Assembly (NCBI GenBank): GCA_002633005.1
Contig: NMRA01000071.1
Span: 649,264-711,910 of the forward strand
Source: Phoronis australis
Taxonomy: Eukaryota > Animalia > Phoronida
Direction of reading: 5' to 3'
Length of the DNA stretch: 62,647 nucleotides
The notes beneath the pieces are model-generated. The model made no database searches. It was not told the DNA's origin and saw nothing but the letters and a program-made list of their open reading frames with translations. The position numbers were made by a program, and so were the translations under genes. Shown one piece after another: positions 1 through 11,190 of this stretch. The number at the start of each line of letters is the position of its first letter. Position 1 is the first letter of the stretch.

Positions 1-578
1 ATAAGACACATAATTTCCATAAAAACGATATTTTAATTCAATGAAATTTTTCTCTCGTGTTCTCTCAGTTGTAAATCACCGATCTCCAATTTGAATGCAG
101 GTGTCGTGTGGTCGAGATCCTTTGACTTGAGCATTATAGTCAGTTACTAGTGGAAACCTACTTTAGCAGACGATTATATTCCCGGTCGAAGCTTAGCGTG
201 ATAAAATGTGTAGTAAGCTATGACAGTTGCTAAACCTTAATTCATAGATTCACTTTATTTCTATTTTGTTTTATTTTTCAATTGGTTTTGAGTAAAAGCA
301 TTATTTTACAAAAATATCTCGGCTTTTCTTAAAAGGTCACGACCTCCGACCCCGGGCCTCTGACATAGAAAGTAGTTACAAAGCCGAGGCGAGTCGAGAA
401 AGGTAGATTGATTGATTGCAATGTTTCTCGTTCAGTATGTGGTGGGCGATAATTCTCCAAAATCCACTCGGGCTCTAGATAACGGGGGATAACGACTTCG
501 CCATGTAATAATCTATATATCTACACACAATCTGCAGATTATGTGATATCTATATACACAATCTGTATAATGTGTTAT

Positions 579-2810
579 CTACATGACAATTTCAATTTCC
601 CGATCTTCTCGTTGTTGTTTCAGTTTTGGCGGCAGGCGGAAGCACAGTTTTTCATAAAAGAGTCGATCACCTGGACTCAAGCAGTATTTACGACTCAGAT
701 AAGCGTTTAATACAGGTTCACGAGCCGCTTGTTCTCTAGAAAGATTTTCTCGTTGTACGATAACAATGTAGCCTTTGCCTTCTTTCAGGGCCACATGGTT
801 AGCGAGCTCAAACATTTTACGGCAAGTAACACTACGAAGCATATTCTGGGACAAGACAAACAGAAACCGCCGTGACCTTTGAACTGCATTTGTCATGTTG
901 TCTGCGTCAGGGATACCCGGCATGAAGTCTCGCTCTTGGAATCCAACTGTGTACATATAAGGGCAAGCATCGATCATGCGACCTTCTAAGTAATCAAGTA
1001 CGTTATCCTTCGTCCAACGAATATCATTATCAGCACAGTATATGTAGACATCATATTTATGTTCTCGAACTTTCAAATGCGCGTCTTGCTCCACATTGTT
1101 AACTGCATACTTGTTTGCCCGGGGGTGGCAGCACAGTCCCACGTATCGGTACATGAGGACGTGCAACTCTTCCCGGAAAAGGTACGACGTCAGAACAACA
1201 GTGGCTAACAACAGGAACAAAGAAGTCAGCGATGCAATGATGGGAATCTCACATACCCAAACGACTGAATTTGAGGACCAGGTGTCGATTCTAGTGCCGT
1301 CTTCACAGACAATGTTTTGTTTATTCACCAAACTGGAAGACACTTTGTCTGTGTTTATCCACTGTTCAAACCAGCGCACGAAGTCACATTCGCACTTGTA
1401 TCTGCCTCCTAAATCAATCCTGATCAGCGGATAGTCGTACTTCTCGAGAGACCCTTGACGTAAAGTCTTGATAGCTGTATCTCTCAGGTTGAGACTTTCC
1501 ATTGCACTCTTGCTCAGATTACTCCAAAAGTTCTCATCAACATTTGTAACCAAACTGTGAGCCAATGTTAGATTTTTTGTGCTGTTCATGAAAGATTTCC
1601 ATTCTAGTGTTTTGATATTCGCGTGACTTAGATTTACATTTAGAGTTGCGTAGCCCAACTTAAAATTTGGCATGTTCGTAAAATTCCTGTAAGAGCAATC
1701 TACGTCAATGGTGGTATCATTCTCCTGTCTTTTTGTACATATGCATTTTTCGTCACTTTCTGACGTCATGTTACAGTTGGTGTTACACCTGTTAGACAGC
1801 TCGCGCGGTGAAATATGAAATAGTTTCTTATCTCTCAGTACCGCTGGCTTCTTACATGTAGCTTCTGTCAACTTGTTTAAACATAGGTTAGCCTTAAACG
1901 CAGCCAATGTATTGCTACTTTTACGCAGGTGTTGGAGTGTATGAGCCATGGGACAGTCGCATGACCACGGGTTCTCTTGCAGTTCGAAGCAGTATCTTAG
2001 CCAAATACGGGCCGTTTCACCTTTCTCTATATCAAACCCGAAATCCCTCATGTCCGATAAAGTGAGAGTTTCTATTTCGTTAAAATTCAGATTAACATAG
2101 AATGAACTACCACTAAAGGACGTTTTCGCGAAATCGATACTCAAGTTGTTCGTTATTTTAGAAATGTTGTTGTGGCTCAAGTCAATTTCTTCTATGTTTT
2201 TAATCTTAAACCAGAATACGTCACCATTTGTCAACATGTTGTAACTCAAGTTGACTGATTTCAAGCCAACAAGTGACTCCAGGACTGCCAACGAGCCATC
2301 GTGGGTGATGTTCCTAATTCTGTTTTTTGTCACGTCTAGTTTCATCAACTTGGACAATCCTTGAATTGCCGTAAAATCAAAATATTCGAGTTGGTTTCCA
2401 CTTAACCATAGTTCCTCTAACTTTGTAAGACAGGATAAATTGGGCAGATTCTGTATATTATTTCTTCTGAGGTCCAGCAAACGAAGGGTTTGGTTGAAAA
2501 TGCATATTCCCGTTTCGAACGATGTAATACTCATGTTATTCGCAACAATATGGGACACGTTTCCTTTCATTGAATATGCTTGGAAGACGTCAAGCAACGT
2601 GGCTCCTTCTTCGCAAATGATTGGTCCCTGGACATTTGTTACGTTACATGTTGCGTTTGTAGCACCAACACATGCCAGACAGACAAAGAGACACATCACG
2701 CCTGACCAGATACTGCAACTTTTTCTTTTCCTCATCTGAAAACGAGTTTTGAATATTAGTAAACACGGAAATGACATGCTTTGCTTACGCCTGCAAGACG
2801 CACCGGCCAT
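579..2810 (-). CDS. Toll-like receptor, single coding exon, multi-cysteine-cluster (protostome-type) architecture
   Basis: 743-aa ORF with a signal peptide (VMCLFVCLACVGA), LRRs (LRLLDLRRNNI, LEELWLSGNQL), LRRCT (NPWSCDC..C..P), a second LRRNT (C.C...VDC), short LRRs, a second LRRCT (YKCECD..C), a TM helix (IIASLTSLFLLLATVVL) and TIR (YDVYI box 1; ERDFMPG BB loop). The real start may be the ATG at 2735, which directly follows ttttcag. Confidence 0.93.
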   Translation of the reverse strand: MAGASCRRKQSMSFPCLLIFKTRFQMRKRKSCSIWSGVMCLFVCLACVGATNATCNVTNVQGPIICEEGATLLDVFQAYSMKGNVSHIVANNMSITSFETGICIFNQTLRLLDLRRNNIQNLPNLSCLTKLEELWLSGNQLEYFDFTAIQGLSKLMKLDVTKNRIRNITHDGSLAVLESLVGLKSVNLSYNMLTNGDVFWFKIKNIEEIDLSHNNISKITNNLSIDFAKTSFSGSSFYVNLNFNEIETLTLSDMRDFGFDIEKGETARIWLRYCFELQENPWSCDCPMAHTLQHLRKSSNTLAAFKANLCLNKLTEATCKKPAVLRDKKLFHISPRELSNRCNTNCNMTSESDEKCICTKRQENDTTIDVDCSYRNFTNMPNFKLGYATLNVNLSHANIKTLEWKSFMNSTKNLTLAHSLVTNVDENFWSNLSKSAMESLNLRDTAIKTLRQGSLEKYDYPLIRIDLGGRYKCECDFVRWFEQWINTDKVSSSLVNKQNIVCEDGTRIDTWSSNSVVWVCEIPIIASLTSLFLLLATVVLTSYLFREELHVLMYRYVGLCCHPRANKYAVNNVEQDAHLKVREHKYDVYIYCADNDIRWTKDNVLDYLEGRMIDACPYMYTVGFQERDFMPGIPDADNMTNAVQRSRRFLFVLSQNMLRSVTCRKMFELANHVALKEGKGYIVIVQRENLSREQAAREPVLNAYLSRKYCLSPGDRLFYEKLCFRLPPKLKQQREDREIEIVM

Positions 2811-3102
2811 TTTACACTTGACAGTTACTACTCTGAGAAGATGCCGCTCAACTTTGATCTCACCTCCTATAACAACGTTTTGTCGTGCTGAAGACAGTGT
2901 GCAGAACTCATCTTGTCAAACATGCAAAACTCTTGGAGACAATAGCCTACTACCACGAGCTGGCAACGACTGCATGATTCCGAAATTCCTGAATGGCAAT
3001 CTTACTAGGTTGTTACTCGTGCCTAGTGAATCCGGATATCTTACTATGTTCCACTGAAACTAACAGACATTTGTTTTTGTTATTGCATTGAATTGTAAAA
3101 TA

Positions 3103-6100
3103 CTTTTTTAAAGAATTTATTATCATTTATAAAACAGTACAAAAACAAACAAACAAATGAGTATATCCATTCATTCACGCATGCACACTTCAGGAGAGAT
3201 CATTCTCGTATCTCGATTAAAGTAAATAACTTCTAGATGTAGTTAACGTAAACAACGAAATTTTCCCATTTCGCAGAGAAGCTGTCATATACAAAGTTTT
3301 TGTAAGCAATTAATTTTCAGCATTGTAGTACTCATAAGTATATGTAATAAACCTGTGAAAATTAGGTATATTTTTGTGAAATCTCTCCTTGTAAATGTAG
3401 TGTTTGGCTATTAGAAGCAAAATGTTAAAAAGAAAATCATGCGTCTCGTAAAGTCCAAGAATAACTCGATCGTAAGAGAGACTATTGAGAAGCTGAATGC
3501 GACACGTCTGCATTAGCTGTCCTAACTCCTTCCAGAAATCTTGAACAATGCGACATTCCCAAAAAGGTGGGGCAGCGTCTCTGGAGCTTTATTACAAAAG
3601 GAACACAGATTAAAATCCCGAACACGGATTTTGACTAAGAAGGTATTTGTTGCAATAATAATGTTTAGAATTCTAAATTGCAACCATCTAATGTTGGGAT
3701 CCTTTGTTGTTTCATAAGGCAATGCACCTATATTTTCTTCCAATGTAAACTATCTACTAACGCTATTTCCCACTTACACTCTGACTTAGAAGGTTTCTTA
3801 ACGTCATTAAAGACTGAACAAATGTGTCTACAACCCTCCGTGAGTGATTGCTCAAGGTATGTAAGGAGCGTAGACATTAACACTTTCAAATTAACTTTGA
3901 AATAGACTTTTTTGAAACCTTCTTAGAACGGAAACAACATCGTTATATTCTACAAATTTGGTTTTTACATTGAACTTATTTTTCATATGGTTCAAACTAA
4001 CGAAATCACCATCAGAGGTATACATATCTCCAATAAATCTTAAGCCTTTTACAAAACAAGACTTGTGCCTCCGATCGCCAAGTTACTATTAAACCACAAA
4101 GGTTGATTCAAAAAGTCCTCAATCCTTGCAACATTTATTTTCTTGTAGAAAAAAGTCACACATCCAAATACTTTGTGCCAGTAGGAATTACCAATTAGAG
4201 CTAACTTCGACTTAATGAAGTCATCTCCAAATGAAGCGAAATTCCTTAAGAACGGGTAGAGTGAGTACAGTAATTCACCACTTTTAGACGCAGGGCTTTC
4301 AAGATATCTACGCACCATAGCAAGTTTTAAAGCTTTGCTGAAAGTATGCATATTAACCATTCGAAGTCCCCTTGATCAAGTCCTAAACAGGTTATGGTTC
4401 GTTTAATTTTATCATTACGAACCTGCCATACAAATCTAAAAAATGTCGTATTCAATTCATTCAAGACTTTTACTGGTGAATTTGGTAAACTTTACAACAA
4501 AAATTAAGTTTAAAAATAGCTAATGTTTTAATTACCGTTACTCTACCAAACGGCGTTAAATTTCGTGGACTCCAACTTTTTAATATTAAAAAGCGAACGA
4601 TCGCCGCACAAATAAAAAAGTTCATGTTCAATTCAACGTTTCGTCTTTTCATTAGACATCATCATATGACCCTGATGATGTCTAATGAAGAAAGAAACGT
4701 TGAATTGAACATGAACTTTTTTATTTGTGCGGCGATCGTCCGGTTTTTAATCTTATTATGGCCAAAACGGGTTTAATTAACTTTTCAATAAAAGTTTAAT
4801 CTCAGTTTTTATTGCAGTGAAGTTCTTATGCGTCATACTATCCAACTGAGTGTCAAAAACCACCCCCAAAGATTGTTTGTCCAAGACAGACTTTCTTTTG
4901 TAGGAATCAGGTCATCACTACAAGTTTTACTTCCAAACCAAATGGCTTTTGTTTTATCCACATTCACAAATTCGACCCATCCAACGTAATTGGAGTGTCG
5001 TCCGCATATTGTGAAATCCAGTATTCCTTATTTCCTGCAACTACACCAGCAATATTTTTATTATTCTTAATTAAATACGCCAAAATCTCCGCGCACAAAA
5101 TGAAAATGTAGGGAGACAAAGGGTCACCTTGTCTGCAGCCACGCGAAATATTGAACCAGGAAGATGGGTGACCATTTACGACAACAGAGGACTTAATATT
5201 ACTGTAAAAGACTTTCACCCACCTTCTGATAGACCAACCAAAATTAAGGAAAGATAAAGTTTTTTGAATAAAATTCCACGACAATGAATCAAATGCTTTC
5301 TCAAAATCAATCAGTAAAAGCAATCCAGGTTTGTTAGCTGCCTTGGTATAAAACATTAAATCATATAGTACTCGGACACTTTCGTTCATATTTCTTCCAG
5401 AAACGAAACCTGTCTTGTCCTTACTGATTAGTTTTCCCAAAACGGGTTTCAACCGTTCAGCCACAGCCGAAGAAGCCAATTTATATTTCACATTGAGTAA
5501 GGATATGGGTCCCCAGTTTTTCAAATAATATTTACTTCTATCTGCTCCCTTAGGGATGCAGGTAATCACTCCTCTTTCGGTGTTGATAATAAATGGCCAA
5601 CTGCAAAACTAGTATTAAGTGAGCGAACAACGAAATGTCCAAAGTCAGCCCCCCCTCCAAAAAATAAAAATTCCACCGAAAAACCGTCAGAGCCTGGGCT
5701 CTTGTTTTTTATTTTTTAAGCATTGTGTGACTTCTTGATATGTAAGAAGACCTAATTTTTCTTTTTCTGAATCATTCAGTTTGGAGACACAAACCTTATC
5801 AAGAAGAGTCTCTAAAGCAATATTGTTAGGATGTCGATATTTGTACAGATTTTCATAAAAAGTTTTGGTTTCCTGAATAACCTCTTCTTCACTAATGGTT
5901 TTAGTATTGTCAGATTTTCACAAAAAAGGCATAAAATTACTTGTGCAATGCCTATTTTCTAAGTGAAGAAACTATTTGGAAGGGTTTCCACCCTCTTCAA
6001 TCCATCTTGCTCTCGACCTAATCATAAGACCCCTTAACTTATTTTGCCTTAGCTCGGCAAGTAGACGTTTTTGTTCCAGTAGCTCCCTATCAAGGCCTAG

Positions 6101-6445
6101 ACTTTTTTTCAACAAACTTATTTCTTCGATAAGTTACTGTTCTATTTTTCTTTTTAAGTAAGTAGCAAAGGAAATTGATTTGCCGCGAATCTCCATCAAC
6201 AACGTTTCAAAAAAGTTGATCATTTATAGACAATTGTAAATCTGAATTACTTAATCATACCGTCAACTGTCTGAACATCATCCGTCATGTACTGTTGTTT
6301 AACTGATTTAATAGTATCCTTGACTGCAGCAATATACTCAGAGTTTTTTAGGAGAGAGTTACTTAACTTCCAAAATGATTTCCTCCTCCTGGAACCACCA
6401 CCTTTAAAACTCGTTACCATTGAATGATCGGACAGGTAACCGAAT
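3103..6445 (-). mobile_element. 5'-truncated, frameshifted L1/Tx1-clade non-LTR retrotransposon
   Basis: Ordered fragments on the - strand: endonuclease C-terminus GYLSDHS (~6430), WKLSNSLL, ARWIEEGGNPSK, KSPGSDGFSVEF (~5690), RT 4964-5569 (IDFEKAFD, GCRQGDPLSP, QYADD), WSPRNLTPFGR, PLWFN, and zinc-finger-like CSFC...ETLPHLF. AATAAA at ~3116-3121. Confidence 0.9.
4585..4751. repeat. Near-perfect palindrome (about 80-bp arms, 8-nt loop) inserted in the LINE; each arm holds a hammerhead-like motif
   Basis: 4585-4664 is the reverse complement of 4673-4751 with few mismatches. The + arm reads CTGATGA-T-GTCT-AATGA-AGAAA-GAAACGTTG. The - arm reads ATGATGA-T-GTCT-AATGAAA-AGAC-GAAACGTTG. Possible TSD tttttaat (4577-4584 and 4744-4751). 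Confidence 0.85.
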
Positions 6446-6779
6446 TATATTATGGTGGATTGTAAAATATTAAAATTAAAAGCCTGATAACCTTATTCAA
6501 TCAATAGCAGGCTGTTGCATGAACTCAGATTCTCAAATTTACTGGATTTCCATTATCAACAGTAGTTGCTATATCAATGTTATGCTTTTGTAGGCATTTG
6601 ACGTCATGAAGGCACGCAGTGATACACTTAACTGTGCTAGAAAGGCTATTAGTGGTCTTCTGTGAGAGTTCCCGTCATGCATTTTATTAGTTTCTGAGGT
6701 TTCAGTTTGCTATTATGAAATTAACACCACGAAATCTAACTAAATAAGCACTTTTTATGCCAAAGAATCAGAAAAATTA

Positions 6780-7455
6780 GTTATTTCCAAGTTTTCCGCC
6801 AAATGATGTGATGGGTGGAAGACGTTTGGTCACTTGACAAAAGTAATTTTAGAAATGTTTTTCATAATTTTGATAACCCAAAAGCCCTGACTCAATTCTC
6901 CTTTCCCCGAGAAAACGAAATAGCATTGTACAGATCAAAATGCGGTCTTTTCCTCAACTCCGACAAGTTTAGGCACAACTTTAGTAATGTCTCTTCAAAC
7001 TATAAATGTGGTGACCATCAATCTTATCCTCATGTTTTCTTCAAATATCCCCTCATCGAATACCTGAGAGACTCACTCTTTCGTGCACTCAATGAAAACC
7101 AAGCAATTGTAAAAGCTCTCAATTCTTGTAATAATATCCCTACTTAAGTTACATTATTATTGAATGATAGTTCTCAATAAATTCCTTTAAAGCAACTTTA
7201 GCAAATTTTTATTTATCGCTTGTAAATATCGTTGCTTCTGAGTTCCATTCATGTATGTGTACACGTTTTTGTTTTTTTGTTCGTAATAGCATATCTAAAT
7301 ATTGGAATACTTGTATTAGATACAACTTGCCTGTGCATACCTCTATGTATATTATTTTCATCTATGAATTGTCTACAACTCAGATATAATGCTACACGAT
7401 TTCTGGGTTTGTCATTATTTCTTTGTATGTTCTGTCTATTCTTCAATAAATGTAA
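6780..7455 (+). mobile_element. 3' end remnant of a CR1/L2-like LINE
   Basis: ORF 6815-7147 contains LFLNSDKFRHN...YKCG...HVFFKYP..YLRDSL, resembling the Cys/His C-terminus of CR1/L2 ORF2. A T-rich 3' UTR and AATAAA (~7445) follow. Confidence 0.55.
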
Positions 7456-7742
7456 ACCACCTTAAAAAACTTGACAATCAATTGAAATTATGTAATACAG
7501 CAGACCAAGAGACGGAGACGATTTTTAGCAAGAACTAGACGATTATTGTGCAGACAAAGAGGAGATTGGATACGGGCATCACACTCAAGTTCTGGAAGAA
7601 TCAGACAATGAGTTCGGTTTCCCACCTAACGAAGTTTTGTCGGCTTTGAGGCCATATAAACTCGACATACTTGCAAAAGAAATGCTGCAGACATATGGCA
7701 GTCACAACCAACTGAATCATGGGCTGATCAATATTTACAAAT

Positions 7743-9364
7743 TCGCGGGTATGACCGCTGCAGCCAAAACGTGACCGCCGGTCCTCCAAATCCGACCGAC
7801 GCACCACAAAACAGGAGCTACGGAGATCTAATGGAACCACCGGACCAGAAAATGGGACCGACGCACCTATAAAAACATAACCGCACCACAAAACCGAACC
7901 GCTGGAGATTGATCATGACCGCCGGACAAAATGTAATACCGCGGGTTATTACTTAACTGGCCAGCTATAGTTGTATATGAAGACTATCGTCAAAATACAG
8001 CTTGGTAGCACGGTGTACTGAGCTCCGTTTCACACAGCCCGGATAGTTCTGCTCGTCACCTCCTCGTGAAATTTATGTCAACATGAAGAGCCATGCGCGC
8101 ACGTGCATATGCCGAATTTTGGTAGTTCCTGCTTTTTTAGTGGATTTTTGTTTCGTTTTCTAGTTTTTTCGGAGTTTTTATTTCTCTGAGGCGGACTTTT
8201 TTTGTCCACTTCGCCAACTTGGGGGCTCGTTGGAGCCCCCTGGGGGTGCGCCCTAGAAAGCTAACGACTGGCGAAGGTGCATGCAAAATCCGGGAGTCAA
8301 CCGACACTCCCTTGACCATTGCAACCCTTTGAGAGAAAAACAATCTAGTAAACGTTATTTTCTTGCATCATTCTTTGCCTTTTGCAACAGTCTGTCGCGC
8401 TCGCGACACGTCCACGTGCCATTTCCTAAAATGTTATCTTTCAAAAGATAATGACAGCTTCGCAGCTGCAAAATTTGCTCTGAAGTTCGGTTTGATGGAA
8501 TTTAAAAACTTGTAACGAAATGAAACCAGTCCCGATAATTTGTTTGCCATGTAGGCAACCTTGTGGAAGGGGAGGACAGCTGATTGAAGAATGACAAAGA
8601 AAAAGAAACTGACCAATGAAAGCCGACCCAAAAGAATGCATCACTAATTTTAGCAGCAGACTAACGACAGAATGCCATGTTTTCACGAGCGCCGATAAAT
8701 AATTAGTTTACTCCAGTTAGAGTGTCGTTACTATTTTAATGAAAAAATTGCTTGTTGATTTTTACCCACATCGACGCATAGCAGTATATTTAGTACACGG
8801 CCGTTCCACACCAAGTTTAGCCGAGAACCAGAACGCCCGTCTTTTTGTCTTAACTAAAAAATCAAACTGGAGAAAGTGAGTTTCATTTTGTTCTAAAACT
8901 GACGCAGTGGATAAAATTACAATTATTTTGCTCAAAAGTATTCAGTGTCCTTGGTTTTTTGTTAGATTTGATAATTTTTTAAGTTGACCTTTCAATTATT
9001 TATAAGTCACCTAGCGCGCGTGACGTAAAGCTCAAAAGCGCAGCGTTTAACAAAGCGAAGTGCCCTGTAGAGCACAAAAGATTTCAGTGGGTTAATCAAC
9101 GTAAGACCTGCGTATATAGCCGCAATGCATGATTTGTGTACAGGCCTACTCTGTCAATAATGACCGATCATAAAACTTGTCCTGGTTGTCATTGCGGTCA
9201 TGTTCAGTCTTCGGCGGTCCTGTTTTGTGGTGTAGCGCTCATGTTTTTTGGTGCGTCGGTCCCATTTTCTGGTGCGGCGGTCCCATTTGAACCCCGTAGG
9301 TCCTGTTTTACGGTGACTCTGTCCGAGGGGAGAACCGGTGGTCACATTGTTTCTCACCCGCGAC
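7743..9364. mobile_element. Non-autonomous DNA transposon with about 180-bp terminal inverted repeats built of short subrepeats
   Basis: ~7743-7922 matches the reverse complement of ~9194-9364 (e.g. ccagaaaatgggaccgacgcacc). Termini are TCGCGGGT/ACCCGCGA. The arms repeat a gaccg.cgcacca.aaaa motif. No transposase ORF. Confidence 0.7.
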
Positions 9365-10589
9365 AATTGGTTCACTTGTATTCACGCACTTGTGTTTATG
9401 AAATGAGCACGATAAATGCATAAGCCTACATGTAGTAGCATTCGATCAGGGCCGGGGTCCAGGGCCTGGCACCACTCACCCTAGAATGGAAGCAGTTTTT
9501 TTCGTTACTTACAAAATTTCCCAGGTGGCAATTCCTTCGTCGTAACGCCGCTGTTGTGTTTGATTCAACAAAGTGTGGTTCCCGACTCAATCGCACGTTC
9601 CACACACTCTCGCACGGCGCACAAGCCGATGCCATTTCTGTGCAACTTTTACTTATTTACGAAATTTGAACACAGTGACATTCTTAGCCAATTTGCTGTT
9701 ACTGCAGCCTCCACAAACGCACCTTTTCATGTCTGAAAAAGGCGGCTCATCGCGGACTTTCCCCACAACTCCTCAATATCGCTCTGGTGTAAAGCAACGA
9801 CGGAGACGATCTTCCACCCATTACGTACAACCCAGATAACAGAAGAATGTTGTTTCAAAAATTTTAGATAGTTTCTTAGCAACAGGTATACTAAAGATTA
9901 AATCTCTTAACTAGTATTAATAGAATTCTTTTTCAGACACAGGATCATGGTGGAAACTCTTTAAACACAGCTACGGATGTCACATCAACTGCGTGGATTT
10001 TATTGCATACACGCAGATCGTGTTTTACAGCGAACAATTACGTCTTTTTTGTCTACTAGGTCTAATTTGTTTCCAAAACTGACACAAGCTAGCACTAGTC
10101 GAAATGTACAAAGGATTACACAGTTACTTTTGTGAGCGTAAGGCACGCCACTAAGATGTGAACCAACCCACAGACCTTTCAACGGCGCGTGGGCAAGCTG
10201 CGCTGAGCTTTGTAGGTGTCAGAATCTCACGGGCAATGTTTAAACATGACTACGTGCTTTACTTGTAACGGGTAGCGATAGTTGCCCAAAATGTTCATTT
10301 TCTTGTGTCCTTTCTCATTATTACGTCTACGGTAATGGTTTTGGTACATCACAGTCAATTGTATTTCAAGATCAGCACTGTGCTCCAACGCTGTTAGAGG
10401 TCTTGACCTGAATGATTAAGTAAGTTATTGCGGAGCATTTTCAAAGATAACTTTTCTGAATGTTTGACTCCTAAAACAAACTACGTCAAGATAAGGTATC
10501 AGTACTGTAATATGTAAGGTTAATAGATAACTTCATCGACTTCTAGGAGTAATGTACCAAATATTTTTAAAAACTACAGTTTTTTAATT

Positions 10590-11030
10590 CTACACAGTAT
10601 ATCTTTCTGAAAGTGAAAAACCTTCAAAATGTGTTTTTTACTTAATACTGATCTGTAATGAATTAGGTCACGTGACCAAAATTTTTATTTAAAATTTTAA
10701 AAGAAAGACATATCCATGGCAGCAGAACAGAAAATGACCAAATTTCCTTCTATACACATATTCAATATAAAATCTCAAGAAACGTTACAGTTTTCTAAAA
10801 TACTGTTTTGTTTTCGTTTTATGCAATTTTTGAGATTTTTATCATAAAGGTCCCATTTCTTGATAGTCCCTCATGCAAAAGTGAAATATTGGACAAACAT
10901 TTTCTAACAGTATTTCCAAGAAAGTGTGATATCTGAAAGTTTTCATATGAATCTTACCAGCCATTTGTGAGATATAGTGTTCTAAATTTTGCCAAATTTG
11001 GACATTTGTCAAGGGTCCTACACAGCCATA
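10590..11030 (+). repeat. Dispersed repeat family; related copies at ~46935-47380 and ~13080-13260
   Basis: Shared colinear blocks ttttcgttttatgcaa, gatatctgaaagttt(t)catatgaatc and gaga.at..tg.ttc.aa. Boundaries approximate. Confidence 0.6.
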
Positions 11031-11122
11031 ACTATACAAAATGAAATCAATTGTTCTCATGATGTCCTCAACCACGCCATCATTCAGATTAATTAACGCT
11101 ATATTTTTAACCAGATTGAACG

Positions 11123-11190
11123 TATATCTCCATGTCACCTTTACATATATCTCCATGTCACCTTTACATATATCCCCATGTCACCTTTAC
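11123..11190. repeat. 23-bp tandem repeat x3
   Basis: Unit atatatctccatgtcacctttac. Confidence 0.85.

Noticed and set aside
7528-7773. Open frame QELDDYCADKEE...INIYK
   Set aside because: No start codon and no confident motif; possibly a transposase relic but cannot be supported.
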